Below are positions 26,280 through 41,267 of a stretch of DNA of 64,000 nt, one piece after another (the stretch's first letter is position 1; each line of letters opens with the position of its first letter). The notes below the pieces were generated by a model. The model had not been told where the DNA came from. It saw only the letters and a program-made list of their open reading frames with translations, and searched no databases. The position numbers were made by a program, and so were the translations under genes. Source of the DNA: Eledone cirrhosa (lineage: Eukaryota); assembly GCA_964016885.1 (NCBI GenBank), contig OZ024742.1:315332001-315396000 (forward strand), in the 5' to 3' direction.

Positions 26280-27100
26280 TAAAACCAGCATTGATGCCTG
26301 GCAATAGTGCCAATATATCAGTCAAATTCAAGGGAGTGCAAAGAATATTAAGTTATGAAAATCCTTTAGCTATATTCTCACTGTATGTATGATATACATT
26401 GAATTTCTGTGACGAAATCAGTAGACGCACTGAAATAGTTTCAGTTTTTCTTTCAGAACTATTGAAAGTGTTTATCATATTTTCCTATGGTCTAAATGTA
26501 TGGCAAATTCTTTTCACACACATAAGCTGTTGGTCATTGCAAGCAAATGAGAAAAAGCGAAAGACTTCTTTTGATGAAAACCAGTCAATGAATGCCAGAT
26601 AAAGGATCATGATACATATGCCGAATCATTATTTTGGCATATATCATTGTCGATTCTGTTTGTAGTCTAAGGAGAAATGCAGCAGCAAAGAAAAGTTGAT
26701 ACTTTTTCTTTCTTCTGCCAATACTTATGTATATCAGAAAACCATTTGACCACAAAATTTGTCATTTTACAGAATTTTACAATACTGATGGTAAGGAAGT
26801 TTCAAATGAAAACTATGATATATCGAGGCAGTTTGAAGAACTAGTTGGAAAATTTCATTCGAAATCTTCATATATCACTATGTTTCACAATGCCTGCAAC
26901 GGCAGCTCTTGGCGGAACATTCATTCAATAAACTTAAACTTATAAAGAGCTATTTCAGAGCAAACATATCATTGGATAATCTGCTTGCCTTAGTTCGGCT
27001 CAGCAGAAATATTAATTTCAGATATATCATACAAAGATTTCCCCAAAATCACTTTGAAAAAGTGAAAAGCCAGTTAAACGATATATGTTGTTTTTAATCA
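26280..27100 (+). pseudogene. Decayed hAT transposase
   Basis: Remnants of ANISVKFKGVQ and of the hAT dimerisation motif AEHSFNKLKLIKSYFRANIS. Confidence 0.65.
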
Positions 27101-29371
27101 ATAAATAATTACAATTATGTTTTACTATTTTACTAACTGATGTGTAGTGATCCCAAAATAGTTCTACCCAGAGTATCAATGTTTCTCTCAACGTTCACGG
27201 TGTAACTAATCGGGTTATTGATTATATAACTATTTCTCTGTGTATAGTATGTTTGTATTTGAATTGTAAAAGAGAGAGAGAGAGGGGGTTGTTTCCTAAA
27301 ACACAGTGATGTAATAGTTTTAGATTGTTTCCTTTTAATATAATCTTCATAATTTGAGTGAATGAACAGATAGTGGAAGGAACTGTGATGATTGGAGTTT
27401 TTATAACAATCAAATGACCTCCCCAAGCATTTCCAGATAAAATTAAATTTTGAACATTCCCCTTTCTTTGAGTGTTTGTTTATGTGGACTGTGTGTAACC
27501 TGCAAACATTTTATCCTCGTTGCAAATGATAGAAATAGGGGAAGTTAATAATAACGCTGAAACAATATAATCATTTAATACAATGAGTTTCATTTTTTCT
27601 TGCAAAATCGCATGCGATTATCTTTTATAGTGAAACTAATTAATTGAATTCGGTTCAATTGTTTGGGTTTCTATTTGCTTCATATGAAAATGTTATTGCC
27701 ATACTGTTGCGGATCGATAACGTGTTGAATACCAAATGCACCGAGGATTATATGTACCCACTTAAATCTATAATAGGAGCTTAAAAACTATTATTTTTGT
27801 ATTAGCTTATCATAAATACTTTCTCTCTTTACAGTTGCTCATTAGCTCATATATCTCTAATATAGCTGTCTGTCTTTAAGACAGTATAGTTGATCTGTTA
27901 TGTCTGCATTTGAAAGATGCCTGAAATAGAATGTTGCAATTATATTAATTTCTTTTCATATATACAGACACATTTGTATTATATATTATATTTACCATTG
28001 GTGCAATCCTTTTTGTGTTATCATCTCATGCTTCATATGTCATTTTTAGAACGGTGTTTGGCAGCTAGACTAGCTTTTCATTATTAGCATGACAGTTAAC
28101 AATTTGTTAAAGACTTGGTAGCAGCTGTTTTCTTTCTTACGTCTAGAGACCTTGATCGATTCCATCATTAGTACAAAAGCACAATCACTGTATAGAGTAA
28201 GAAAATGTCATCGTACCTCACTTTCATTAAAATGGACAGAACATAACGAAAACACTCGCAAAGGCTTCAAATATTATGCTTTACTGTCACCGAGGACCTC
28301 ACATCTTCAACTGCTTCCCAAAGATAGGTCTTCCATTTCAGAGCCCCCAAAATACTCCAGCTCTCAACAATTAATTACTTTCTATATGGTTGAACGTTGG
28401 AACTACAATAGAGTATTTCCCCAACGTCTAGTACGGTATTACTGCTATAGTCACACATATCTGTCTATAGGTCAATCAGCCGATTGACACAAAGTAACGC
28501 ACAAACACATTCTAACGTTTGAATCATAGTTGTTTTGTTTTTGTCTCCTTTCTTGTGTTTTTACCGTCTCTGTAGCTTTTTCTTTCTCAGAGGTGGTTGG
28601 TCTCATACTATCTAGCCTTAGATACTCAGAGATTTCCTTCCTGCAGCCACCGTTGATATTCAACAGTTTAAGCGGAACGGTAACAGCATTAATCTATCCA
28701 ATCTAGGAAGGACTGCAAACGGCCCCTTTCTGCAGACCAAACCAATGAAAATACTATACATATATATGTATGAATAAATATTTACTTACTGTCTACACCA
28801 TTTGAGTAGCTGATTAGTACTATTGTGCTGTAATGGCTACGAAATTAATCGATAATAAAGCAGACAGTGAAATAACAGGAAAACATTTTCAGTGAATTTG
28901 GTTTAATTAGAAAAGCAGAGAAATTCGAAATTATCAGCTAGGTTTGTGTGTATATATGAGTACAAACATTGACACGCAAACATGTACACACTTTACAGAT
29001 AGGATTCATGTTTGTCAGCAGATTTTTGACATTTTCAAGCATATTGAGACATGAAGTAAGAATATTATATTAGTTTACGGTTAATCTTTCCATCGATAAT
29101 TACGGAGACAACACTAGACAGGTTTCCACTTAGTTGGGGTTTCTCACCATACTGTAACATTTCTTTATATTTCCTAAGTGTTACAGATTGAATTACTAAG
29201 TGAAAATACGTAAATATAGAGTAAAAGAAAAAATTGATAAGTTATATTCTTATGATGAACTAACCAAATACTATATATTTAGTTAGCTATAGCACTGGAA
29301 CACACACTTACACACAGACACACACGTAAGTACGTACGTGTGTAAGTCACCATTATTTCAGAAAAGAAAAA

Positions 29372-30165
29372 CGGTGGCGGATTGGCAGTATCAGTGGAGC
29401 GTCGGACAATATGCTTTGTGGCATAGAGGTACGTCGCTTTACGTTCTGAGTACAAATCCCACCGCGGTTAGCTTTGCCTTTCATTCTTACGGAGTCGATA
29501 AAATAAAGTACCAGTAATGCACTGGGGTCGATTTAATCGACTTTCCCCCTCCCTCAAAATTGTTTCCCTTGTTCGTAAATCAGATATCATTATTTTACAT
29601 CCTGGTGATGAAATGGGAGTATCGGTAGAGCAACATACTTTACGGTATAGTGTTACGTCCCTTTACATTCTGAGTTCAAATCCCGCTGAAGTTAGCTTTG
29701 CCTTTCATCCTTACAGGGCCGATAGTGGATTGGCGGTAGAGGGTCGGACACCATGCTTTGCAGCATAGAGTTACGGCCCTTTATTATCTGAGTTCAAATC
29801 CCACCGAGGTTAATTTTGCCTTTCATCCTTACGAGGTCGATAAAATAAAGTACCAGTCACGCACTGGGGTCGATTTAATCGATTTTCCCCTCCCCCAAAA
29901 TTGCTGGCCGTGTGCCTATATAAGAAACCATTATTTTACATCCTGGTGGTGAAACGGGAGTATCGGTAGAGCATCGGACAAGAAACTTTACGGTATAGTG
30001 TTACGTCCCTTTACATTCTGAGTTCAAATCCCTCTGAAGTTAGCTTTGCCTTTCATCTTTACGGGGTCGATAAAATAAAGCACCAGTAATGCACTGGGGT
30101 CGATTTAATCAACTTTCCTGCTCCCTCAAACTGTTGGCCTTGCGCATAAATCAGAAATCATTATT
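29372..30165 (+). mobile_element. Tandem cluster of four SINE units (A-B-A-B)
   Basis: Repeated heads and cores; flanked by a 16-bp direct repeat CATTATTTCAGAAAAG. Confidence 0.88.
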
Positions 30166-32779
30166 TCAGAAAAGCGGTGATCAAGTGTTGAAAATTATAA
30201 CACCAACTTCAATGCTATATCGTATTGGGTTTTGTCTCTCTATGTTTTCGGTTGAAATACTTCTGATATCGACATTGCTTTTCATCTTGTAGAGGTCGAT
30301 AAAAATAAGAACTAGTAATATGTGCTGTAGAATCACACAAATGTTTATCTCTCCTAAAACATTGTATTCTACCAATGTAAGAAATTGTTATTAAGAACAA
30401 AAAAAAAGAGATTATGTAAAACATAGGTTTATGTTTGTATTTTTGTGTTCGTTCAGTGGTACTTTCATAAATATTCGTCTGATATCTCTAATAAAAATGA
30501 GGCGACAATAATGCAGCTCTTTTTAAACAAATAAATTCAGGCATAGTTAGAAATGGACATCCTTTACTTCTATATTTAATCTTCATTGATCTTCTATGGA
30601 AATCACATGTGTAGTATTGTCTTCATATTTACTCTTGAGTCTCTCCAGTAAAAATAAGATAGTGTATAATCAAACATGTTCACCGCTTTCGAAACAGATA
30701 TGTTCAATATATTAACATTGATTTTAAAATAACTTTACAACGATAGTTCATGATTTTTCTTTTGATATAAATAATGTCTGCAGTAGTATGATATTACATT
30801 GTTTTACTATTTCTGCCAGACTGCTGACCAGCAGAGTCGTTAGAATGTCGGATAGAATGTTTGGAGTGTTCGTTCTGCCTCCCTGCTCTCTCAGTTAAAA
30901 TCCTACTGAGATCAGCTTTGTCCATTCGAGGTCGATGAAAAACGTATTAGTTCAGTACTGAGGTCGATTATTCCTCTATATCTCTTTCCCTACATCCTCC
31001 TCTTTCTCACTTTCTATCCTTCTCTGGAAGAAATCTGCTGTACACAGACATGGAGGGTGACGGTCTACGCCAGGCTTAAATGCCCTCGAAACGCTGTATA
31101 CCACTACAGTGCCCCCAACGACTCCCTCTAGAGTTACAAGACTATACATGCATGCATTATTTCTGTGGAAACAGCAGCCTCTAAAGAAATTTTGCTCCTC
31201 ATATTTTTTTCAGTGTGCGAGATTTAAGGAGAATTCTGTGAAACAATCTGCTAAATAAGTTTTGATAAACTACAAGACGTTTCTATACTGTAAGTATGTA
31301 TTTTGTAGATTTTATCTTTTTCCTTTTTCCTGTGAGTGAGTGAAGAAAAGAAGAGATAGTCAAGAAACTCGCACGCTTGTGTGTGTGGAAATACACTCGT
31401 GAAAGATAAAACGAACATAAACGATGAAGGATGAATAAAAGCATCTATCTCCAACATCGTCTATCCCCTGGAGTTGATCATTCCGATTCCTATAAATATA
31501 GGCGAGAAATTCTGCTTCTTCCCTATTATGTACAGCGATTTAAAAGAGCAACTACTGAGAAAGATACATATAACATTCAGCAGTATTCATATAACATTCC
31601 CTCATATGCATATCGTGTGACACCTCACTACATGATAATCTTCCGTTCACAAGTTCTACTCCCACTTAACACCACATATCAGGCAAGCATATAGAAAATG
31701 TCCCTGAAAACTTCTCCAGATAGGGACAAGACAATCTAAGCATGTCCCTCAAGAGCAGCAAACACAGGTACAATCAAGACACAGCTCTAATGTTTCACAG
31801 CTAACTTCTTCCTTACTAAGTTGTCAGAGTCTAATATTTGTTAATAAAAACTACGTATCTACAATATAGACAAAATTGCATCTAGAAATCAAATGTTCTT
31901 TCCCTAATCATAGATTATTTCCGATCTGGACAGTTTATAACTCTATATAAACTATAAATTGAGCTTATGTATCTGGAACTAATATTTGAGACAGCATTCA
32001 CAAGTGTTCTCTTAACTCTCTGACAAACTATCACTACATCCCCTAACATACTAGTGTATTGAAGTTCATCCCTGGCTCTTCCACTTTTGCTACAACGGTC
32101 CCTTACCCACCCCAACTAATTAACTTACCTCTTCTTCTCTCTTCGACTCTAAGATATCTCACCCCCAAATCCGCATCAAATATTTCACCCAATGCGTTAT
32201 ACCCATAACTGCATTCCTCTAGATCTCCAATTACATATTCCCTGTTGACATCAGTCAAGCTATCCGTAATATAGAAAATCAACTGTCAGGCACGTGAATG
32301 CTAGTCAAAGATGATTGACATGGGTCTACTGTGTAGAGCATGATAGTAACATTTTCCAACACTAAGGAATGTTGTTCAACATGGGACAATTATAGAAAAT
32401 AACATTAAGTGTCTATATCAAAAATTATAAATATATAGCGGAAGAACATTGTGGAAAGCATGGTAATTGGACTTTAAAAACATCGTATCAGCAATGTACA
32501 TAAAACAAGCAAATTACTATAGCATGCGGCCCGTTTGGCTTTCTGAATAGTACGCCTAATTTCAAAACTGCCCTGAACTTTTAGCTGTGGAGCCTTGCTT
32601 ATGATGAACCACATCCTATACGGCCCACTGCTCGAATAAGGCTGCCCATGCTTGATTTACAATATCAATAATCTTGAAAGTTTATTAGAATCAAATGATG
32701 ACCAATGGCTTACATGCATTCAAATAAAGAAAACGCATCAAGTCGCAGCGTTGAAATTTAAAATTCTTTAATGTGTGGA

Positions 32780-32990
32780 TAATGGTTTCTAATTTAAACA
32801 GAATGCCAGCAGTTTGAGGGGAGGAAAAAGACGATTAAATCAGCCTCAGTACTTGACCGGTACTGTAATTTCTTGAACCCGGAAAGATGACAAACAAAGC
32901 TGATGCCGGTAGGATTTGAACACTGAACGTAAATAGACGTAATTGAATGCAGCAAAGCATTCTGTCCGATATCCTAAAGATTCTTCTAAT
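32780..32990 (-). mobile_element. Older, diverged SINE copy
   Basis: Degenerate core and GGATTTGAAC B-box complement. Confidence 0.65.
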
Positions 32991-33140
32991 CCAACGAAGT
33001 GTTAATGATTGCAGAACACTCTAAAACTAAAAATAGTCGATATTTCTGACGTATGATTGTGTTACAAATATGTTTACAATGCGTGCTTAACAGAAGAAAT
33101 GTTACACATACACACACACACACATATATATATATAGAGG

Positions 33141-33206
<66 letters not shown>

Positions 33207-33306
33207 AACACGTACACATCAATACAGAGAGGTGCATAAATAGCTATTTGTTAACTTATCTAAGAAAAGTGTGTTTCCGTGTTCCATACAGAGAGATATC
33301 TACATA

Positions 33307-33414
<108 letters not shown>

Positions 33415-33421
33415 TGTATGC

Positions 33422-33451
<30 letters not shown>

Positions 33452-33452
<1 letters not shown>

Positions 33453-33627
33453 AGATAGGGGTGGTAAAAACCAGCTAGACCATAGCCCACCAGAGTACTC
33501 GATACTTCGGACAGTAGAGTGGGTAATATGAAAAGATTCAGTACCTTGACGGCTGAGCTCCGGCCGTTTCGACAGCTAGATCTAGCTGTCGAAACGGCCG
33601 GAGCTCAACCTTCGGTGTCCTGACTCT

Positions 33628-33632
<5 letters not shown>
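33452..33632. mobile_element. Fold-back PLE pseudo-LTR fragment in (TA)n
   Basis: Palindrome centred on CTAGATCTAG (33580/81); GAAACGGCCGGAGCTCAGCCGTC is the hammerhead 3' half. Confidence 0.8.
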
Positions 33633-33663
<31 letters not shown>

Positions 33664-34385
33664 GTGTGTGTGTGTGTGCATATTTGTGTGTTTGTGCATG
33701 TGTGTGCGTGCGTATTTATGTATCTGTGTGTGTGTGTGTATGTCTGTGTAGGATAAATAGTTATTAAAATTCTGGATTATGGTTTCATTTAATCGTCTAT
33801 TGGATCGAATATACACGTCATCGAATTTGAAATAGAATGACTTAATTATGCTAACAGTGTAAATCATGATCTGTGATGCCTGGTAATCATTTGGTCGTGG
33901 AAATCAACTTGCATCAGAAAGGTTCTCTTTGAAATTATCGAAAAAGAATCTGATCATGTGTCAGTAAGCCGAAATTAGTTAACTTTTCTCTACGTTTCAT
34001 GTAGATTGGCGCATGCAGTAAAGTTTCTCGGTATATGAGAGGTCAAAGCACTTTGATTGTTTCTTAATTGCATTTGCCTTATATCACTGCTCGTTTGCTG
34101 CCACTGGTCTCTCCTACGTTTCTAGAGTTCCAAACCTAATTCGCAAGATATGTTTCCAATTTAAAACGTTAATCGTTGTTTGATTTCAATTCACTGGAGT
34201 GTACAGTTGACTGAAGAATCCATTAAACGAATTCATACACCGAAAATGTTAATATACCAACCTTTAAACACCATTAGCACAGAGCTTTATTTCGCACTTT
34301 TATTTGGTGGGGTTATCACATAGAATAAACGACAAATTTCTCTCTCCCGATATATATATATGTATATGATAAACGTCTTTCTCTT

Positions 34386-34428
<43 letters not shown>

Positions 34429-34904
34429 CTTTATATATATATATAGAGAGAGAGAGAGAAAGAGAAAGAGAGATTGAGAGAGAGAGAGTATAAAGTAATA
34501 TGATTTCAAATACGAAAACAATGTACATAATGTCATATTTAAGGCAACTATATAATTGTGACGTGTCCTTCATATCAAAGATGAAACGCACGTAAATTAA
34601 AATATGATATAGTTAGCAGCGATGGGATTATTTCTCAATGTATATATATATATAAACACAATGTGTGCGTGGCGAGGAGTACTGTGAGATATGTGTCTAA
34701 AATATTTTTAGGAAAACCAAGACAATTCAAGTTGTAAAATGAATAAGGTGAAACAAAACTGTTTACTAGATAAAATGTAGTGTAAACATGTGTTTTGTTC
34801 TTACGACAATTTATATTATTTTATTTTTAACGTGCATTGTACTAGTTTTCCTAAAACAATTTTAACGACCGCAGACAGACAGGTAGACATAGATGTGAGT
34901 AACA

Positions 34905-35110
34905 TGTCATCAGAGCCCAAAATTTGACTACCCCCATCTTTGAGGGTCGAAAACAAGGGAAGAGGGCCAGGGTGCGGCAGAAAAGGAGATGGACAGATAA
35001 TATTAAGGAATGGACAGGAAGGAGTTTGGTGGAATGTACGACAATGGCAAGAGACATGAAAAGATGGAGAGTGCTTGTCCATGAGTCCATAACCCCCAAC
35101 CCTCAGATAT
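34905..35110 (+). mobile_element. RTE-like LINE 3' end
   Basis: IFEGRKQGKRARVRQKRRWTDNIKEWTG...ARDMKRWR. Confidence 0.75.
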
Positions 35111-35504
35111 AAGACCAAGCTATACACACATCGATTACGAGAATTCCAGTTTTTCAATCAACGGTACGTCGACACGTACGTGGTTGAGAATTCCACAGAC
35201 ATATGTACCCTTAACAAACATAACCCTGAAGGATATTTAGCGTGACAGCGGGACTAAGCTGGCCCTTTGATATACAGGAATAGTCCATACGACGGAATGC
35301 CAACAGTTTCTGCTTACCCAATGTCACTCGCTAGGCGTAAGTAGATGTGGAGGTGTGGTAAAAGACGCCCAAGATACTACGTTCTGAGATCGAACTGAAA
35401 ACGTCAGGATTGTGAAATGGACTTTCAACCATTTGGCCATTGTTACGTGCATGTGTGTAAGCACACACACACGCACACAGATATACATACACATAAGTAG
35501 GTGA

Positions 35505-35569
<65 letters not shown>

Positions 35570-35572
<3 letters not shown>

Positions 35573-35613
35573 TATATATGTATATATATTTATTTATTTA
35601 TATTTGTAGGTGA

Positions 35614-35667
<54 letters not shown>

Positions 35668-35720
35668 ACAGGGAGAAAGAGACGATTATGAGGAAGAAAA
35701 ATATATTTCCACATTTTATT

Positions 35721-35758
<38 letters not shown>

Positions 35759-35800
35759 GAAATATATTTTTCTTCCTCATAATCGTCTCTTTCTCCCTGT

Positions 35801-35862
<62 letters not shown>

Positions 35863-35925
35863 TCACCTACAAATATAAATAAATAAATATATATACATAT
35901 ATAAATAAATATATATATATATATT
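35570..35925. repeat. Nested palindrome centred on (TA)n
   Basis: 35663-35717 is inverted at about 35750-35806; outer arms TTTGTAGGTGAG / CTCACCTACAAA. Confidence 0.9.
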
Positions 35926-36031
35926 TATTTATATTTGCATGCATGTGTAATCCCACGTGTACAAATATATATATATCACGAAGGTAATATATCGTCCTCC
36001 TGTGTTTTTCTTGTTGAATTTTCGCATTATT

Positions 36032-36159
<128 letters not shown>

Positions 36160-38424
36160 GAGAGAGAGATTGTGTGTTTGTGTAAAATGTAAGTATTAAT
36201 AGCATGAATATTTGTTTTCTTTTGTATCTAAATTCATGATACTATCTAATTATAAATAATGAAAGAAAGAAAATCCTCCCAAGCCACCACAAAATATTGT
36301 ACCAATCCTCTTAAGAGCTACATGCATTAAATATTAGCTGCTTTTAGAAAGCTTCCTATTACCTATTATTGTTGTTAATGTTGGTGTTGTTTTCCGTGAA
36401 AAATACAAGGACTAGCTGCTTTTTATCTATAATAAATCTAAATCTAAGTGTTAGATTTATTTATGCATTTATTTATTCTTTACTTATATCATTTGTTTCT
36501 GATAAGCATATTTGTATTAAAAAGCATTGGATTCTGCTATTTCCGTTCAAGTATACTTCGCTATCAAACACAGTATGCGTGCTTACGTATGTTTTTTTTT
36601 TATATACATATAGCACACATATTTTTATGCATCTCGCTGTGCTTTGAAATATAAATTCAAGATTCAATTTCACTTCCACTTTGTACATAGATGTTGCCAT
36701 AGGTCAAGCTAACTTAAGTTACTTGATTTATTCATCGAGGTCTTTTGTGATAAATCTCTTTTTAGCTGAGTCAAGATGAGCCGCGTAAAGGGCGTTTATA
36801 TTACTATTTAACTTTGGGTTAGGTTTTTTGTTGCCATTTTCTTTTTGTTTTTGTGTTTTTGGTAGATCTGGAGAAAGGTGTACTACCCATATCCTTCACA
36901 GGCCTTCTAAGACACGAGAGATTGGCAGGGCCTCCAAGAGAAATTTTGCAAGGCGGTACAAGACCCCTTTGGCGGCCGAAGCAGCGCAAAGATTTTTCTC
37001 AAAATGGTTGTTACATGGTTGCTGTGGGGCCTTCTTAGCTCTTGGACCCCAGAACAAAGTCCCGGCTGGACCCCCATCTCATAGACCCTGGAGATCGATG
37101 TCGTTACATTAATGTTTCGTTTAAATTATTCCAAGTACATGGGGATTCCATATAATCAATGCCCTGAGTAAGAATGGCTGGAGGTCGTGGTTAATGCGAG
37201 AATTAAGGATTGGAAAAATCATTGGAGGTCAAATGTGAAAGATTGGTGGAGGTGGTATAAGAACAGCAAGTTCTGAGGAGCAAAGTACATTGTATTTGCG
37301 ATAAAAGAAGCAGCGAGAGGAGACACGACGTCTGTGAGAGACAGGCTGAGGAGTATATGTACGTGACTATGATGATGACCTTGAATGATGTCAGTGCGAA
37401 CAATAACAACACTGTCCAATATGTTGGAGTAATGCTTTATTGCAGAGTTGGGTAGACCAGTGTGAAATAAGACATATATATATGTGTGTGTATTATATGT
37501 ATGTATGGTCCCGTAACTCCTAATAGAGTATTGACATACGGCGATTCTTGGACATTTTAAGCCTGGGGGAACCCATCCCTCTCCACTCCGTGTACAGCAG
37601 ATTTCTTCCAGAACGAGGAAGAATCGACCCCATAGCTAAACTGATACTTTTTTATCGAAAGAATGAAAAGCAAAGTTGACCTCGGCGAGCAGAGAGCTGT
37701 AACAAATACCATAAAGCATTCTATCCGACGTTCTTGAAATGTAGTTGTATTATAAGTGAGCTTAATACAGAGAGATGGAGAGAGCGAGAGAGATGGAGAC
37801 GATGACAGTGGGAGTTCGGCTCTTCTGAGTTCGGACCTGGTGTGCAACGTCAGTTGTCCGTCTTGATGTGTTCTCTAACTCCTTCTCAATAGGATAGCAT
37901 AACTTCCTTTCTTGATAGCTAACTTGGAGAAATTGATTTAGTATTTGAAACAATGTGTAGCCATTACAGTGAGCATAATAGTCTTGAGAAAATTGAGTAA
38001 AGTAATACGGGAGTCGAAAACAAAGTGGACGGAAACCCCTACGAGGAATCGAACCATGAAACTTTCAGATGCAGGTTGAATGCGTTAACCATTGCTCTCA
38101 TAGGTCCCTTGCCACCACTAACTGCCGTCTTTTGAATGTTAAGTATTTTAAGATAAATGTTTAAAATCTAAAAGCTGATTCCTCCCAAGTCGCTTCTGTT
38201 CACTTTATCCATTCTTAGAGATACTTTATTACGTATTGTGATCAAATATTGTTAAAGTTATTTTTATTTGTACAACTACATTTCAAATGTGCCCAATGTT
38301 GAAGTCAATTGGTTGTGCATATATATACATTTTATATATATAGAGAGAGAGAGAGAGAGAGGGGGCGAGACAGAGAGAGAGAGTGAGCGAGAGAGAGCAA
38401 GGGAGAGCGAGAGAGGGAGCGCTT

Positions 38425-38467
<43 letters not shown>

Positions 38468-38767
38468 TGAGCGAGAGAATAAGTAAACGAGAGAGAGAAA
38501 CGAATATATAAACATTAAAACACCTATTCAAGCACACATATATGTACACGTATGTGTATGTGTGTGTGTAGATGTGTTTGTGGTTGTGTATGCGTGTGCA
38601 CATATAAGTACGTGTTATACAGATAACTAAATTTTTATAATATAAAAAATATCAGTTTATTTCTAAATCAATAACTGACTCAATAAAAGACAAACAAGTC
38701 GCGGATTTATAGAATGGAATTGAAGTGAACACAGCAGAAGAAAATTGTGAATTATTGGAACTATTAC

Positions 38768-38799
<32 letters not shown>

Positions 38800-38917
38800 A
38801 TTTCTTTTCCAAGAGAGATCTACATGAATGGACCTGTATATTTTCTTTAGAAATTTTTTTCCGTTTACGCCCTACCCGTTTCCTCAATCTTTCTATTTCT
38901 TCTTTAATTTCTCATTC

Positions 38918-38955
38918 TACTTTCTGATGAAGGATTAGCGTCCGAAACATTAAGT
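38918..38955 (+). ncRNA. Decayed minimal hammerhead in a PLE-like pyrimidine-rich tail
   Basis: CUGAUGA-A-GGA(UUAGCG)UCC-GAAA-CAUU-AAG; stems I and III are imperfect. Confidence 0.55.
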
Positions 38956-40829
38956 TCTTTTCCTACTATATCAGACGTAAAACTTATAAAATTGTTCTTC
39001 ATTGTACTGTGTCGCTTGCTTTGTTATTTCTGTTGGCCTTTTGCATATAACAGCCTTGTTACACCCGATGTTATACTGTATCTCACTGGTAAACATGTTA
39101 AGGGTACACACGCATGTAGAATGCTCATCTACTGCCACGTTAATTACATGAGCAAACAGTTCTGTCGTTCAAACAACCGGAACATTGGTCGTCGCAGCCG
39201 AACATTCTCATAGTCGCTGTTATAATTTAATGCTAACCTTGGCAGGATTTGAACTCGTAAAGAGGCGTGACCCTATGTCATAAAGCAAGTCTACAACTCT
39301 GTTGACAGAACTCTCAATGTGTTATTGATGCAAATAAATGTAAAACTGAATTTCCATGAGGTTTGACAGGATAATAATATCACGTGATATTGTCAAGACA
39401 AAATGGAACACATGAGGAAACAAAGACACAATTCAAAAGATATAAATCACACTAAGACTGCAAAATAAAAATGCAATTGAAACAAAGAGTTTTATTGTTT
39501 AAGAAAGTGAAGAAAAGCCTGTCGACAAAGGAATATAAATATTCAACATTGAAGACATGTAAAGATTGAAAAAAATATATTCAACATTGTGTGTCAATCT
39601 TTTGTGCCAAACATTTTCTTCACAGCTTCCTTTAGTTCATAAATTTAATAACTGAACTGCTGTCACAGAGTTAAAGTAATTTAAACGAAGAGAGGAACCG
39701 CAATAAGTCTACAATTTAATGGAAATTCGACTACGAAAATTTGAACGATAACATTATGTATTACAACTCAGGAATTTCTGACTTTGTTTCAATCGAAGCT
39801 CACATATTTTTGCTCCATATTATTTTGCGTTTGTGGCCAAATCTATTATCTCTAATATTATGCATCGATACCATTCTGAACTTTACGTAGTGAATTCGAA
39901 AATTGCCACTGATTTTATATAAGATAACCAGGCAAATAATTATGCATCCATGAAATTATGACTACATTAGATCAGATCACCATAGCAATCAATATGTGTG
40001 GTTTCACGTATAACGTGTGAAAAAGCTGAACAAGCGGTAGAATAAATTCTCAACGTCATTAATCTGTATGACATTTAAGAGAGACCGGCACATTAACCGA
40101 AAGCGTTATAACTATAAGGAGAAATGCATTTTTGGAATATTAGCAGTAAACCCCAAATTCCCACAGTTCAAAATGCGTTATGTTTACCCATAAAATAAAA
40201 TAATTCCTCTCACCAAATGAATAATACTGAACCCTAATCTTGATCCAATACCTTGGATATTATTCTATTCCTGTGGAAAACCAGGAAGGTCTCCACGATT
40301 AATATGATTAACAACAATAGACACGCCAATATTAACGTGTATTAAAATACAAGGTTGACCAATCAATATTAAAAATAATAAAACCAACCTTTGTACGACG
40401 GGTATTGTTTTAGAAGTCGTATGTAAGCTCTCCTCTCATCTTTGTTTTGGGTAAATATTTTGAATCATATGAGATATCATCATGAGCGTCTCAACGTTCT
40501 ACAAAAAGACTTACCCGCCATCTAGCTATTGGTCCGGTGAGGCAGGAATCCATGTATATTTTTTTCGTCGTTTCAAGAATCTTCAAGAATACGAGCGTGT
40601 TATATTGATGCCGTAGCTATCATGACTATAGTTGAACAGACAAATTTGTTTACTGATTTGACATGCGATCGAAATTAGAAATAATCTCATTCCTGGACAA
40701 CTAAATTCAGACAGACCAGAAAAGTAGTTAAGATAAAATTGCAAGAATTACTGAACATGTTTATGAAAATATTTTTTGGACAATTTACTTGAAAATGTTT
40801 TTGTTTTTTTTTACATGTATGTGTGAGTT

Positions 40830-40995
40830 AATAATAATGGTTTCTTACATAGGCACAAGGCCAGTAATTTTGGGCGAGGGGAAAGTCAATTAAATCGACC
40901 CCAGTACGTTAGTGGCGCTTTATTTTATCGACTCCGTAAAGGGCCGTAACTCTGTGCTGCAAAGCATGGTATCCGACCCTCTACTGATACTGCCC

Positions 40996-41037
<42 letters not shown>

Positions 41038-41222
41038 TGTTTCTACTTTAGGCACAAGGTCAGCAATTATCCAGTGCATTACTGGTACTTTATTTTATCG
41101 ACCCCGTAAGGATGAAAGGCAAAGTCAACCTCGGCGGGATTTGAACTCAGATCGTAAAGGGACGTAACTATGTTGGAAAGCATGGCGTCCGACCCTCTAC
41201 CGATACTGCCAATCCACCGCCC
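40830..41222 (-). mobile_element. Two tandem SINE copies separated by (TAA)n
   Basis: A full head at 41222 and an internally deleted copy at 40830-40997. Confidence 0.88.

Positions 41223-41265
<43 letters not shown>

Positions 41266-41267
<2 letters not shown>

Noticed and set aside
28580-28690. Possible host exon (pyrimidine tract, AG, open frame, GTAAC); similar weak case near 54455-54500
   Set aside because: No recognisable protein similarity and no partner exons; needs RNA-seq.
29372-30165. Repeat cluster as a CRISPR array or tRNA gene cluster
   Set aside because: The units are SINEs with no cloverleaf and no repeat-spacer regularity, and the context is eukaryotic.
36880-37092. hAT-like MITE ends (CAGGGCC...GACCCTG); similar fragment near 32520-32655
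   Set aside because: Paired TIRs and TSD could not be defined.
40060-40560. Possible decayed PIF1/Helitron helicase on the minus strand (AGKSF Walker A-like)
   Set aside because: Too many stops and frameshifts to support by eye.
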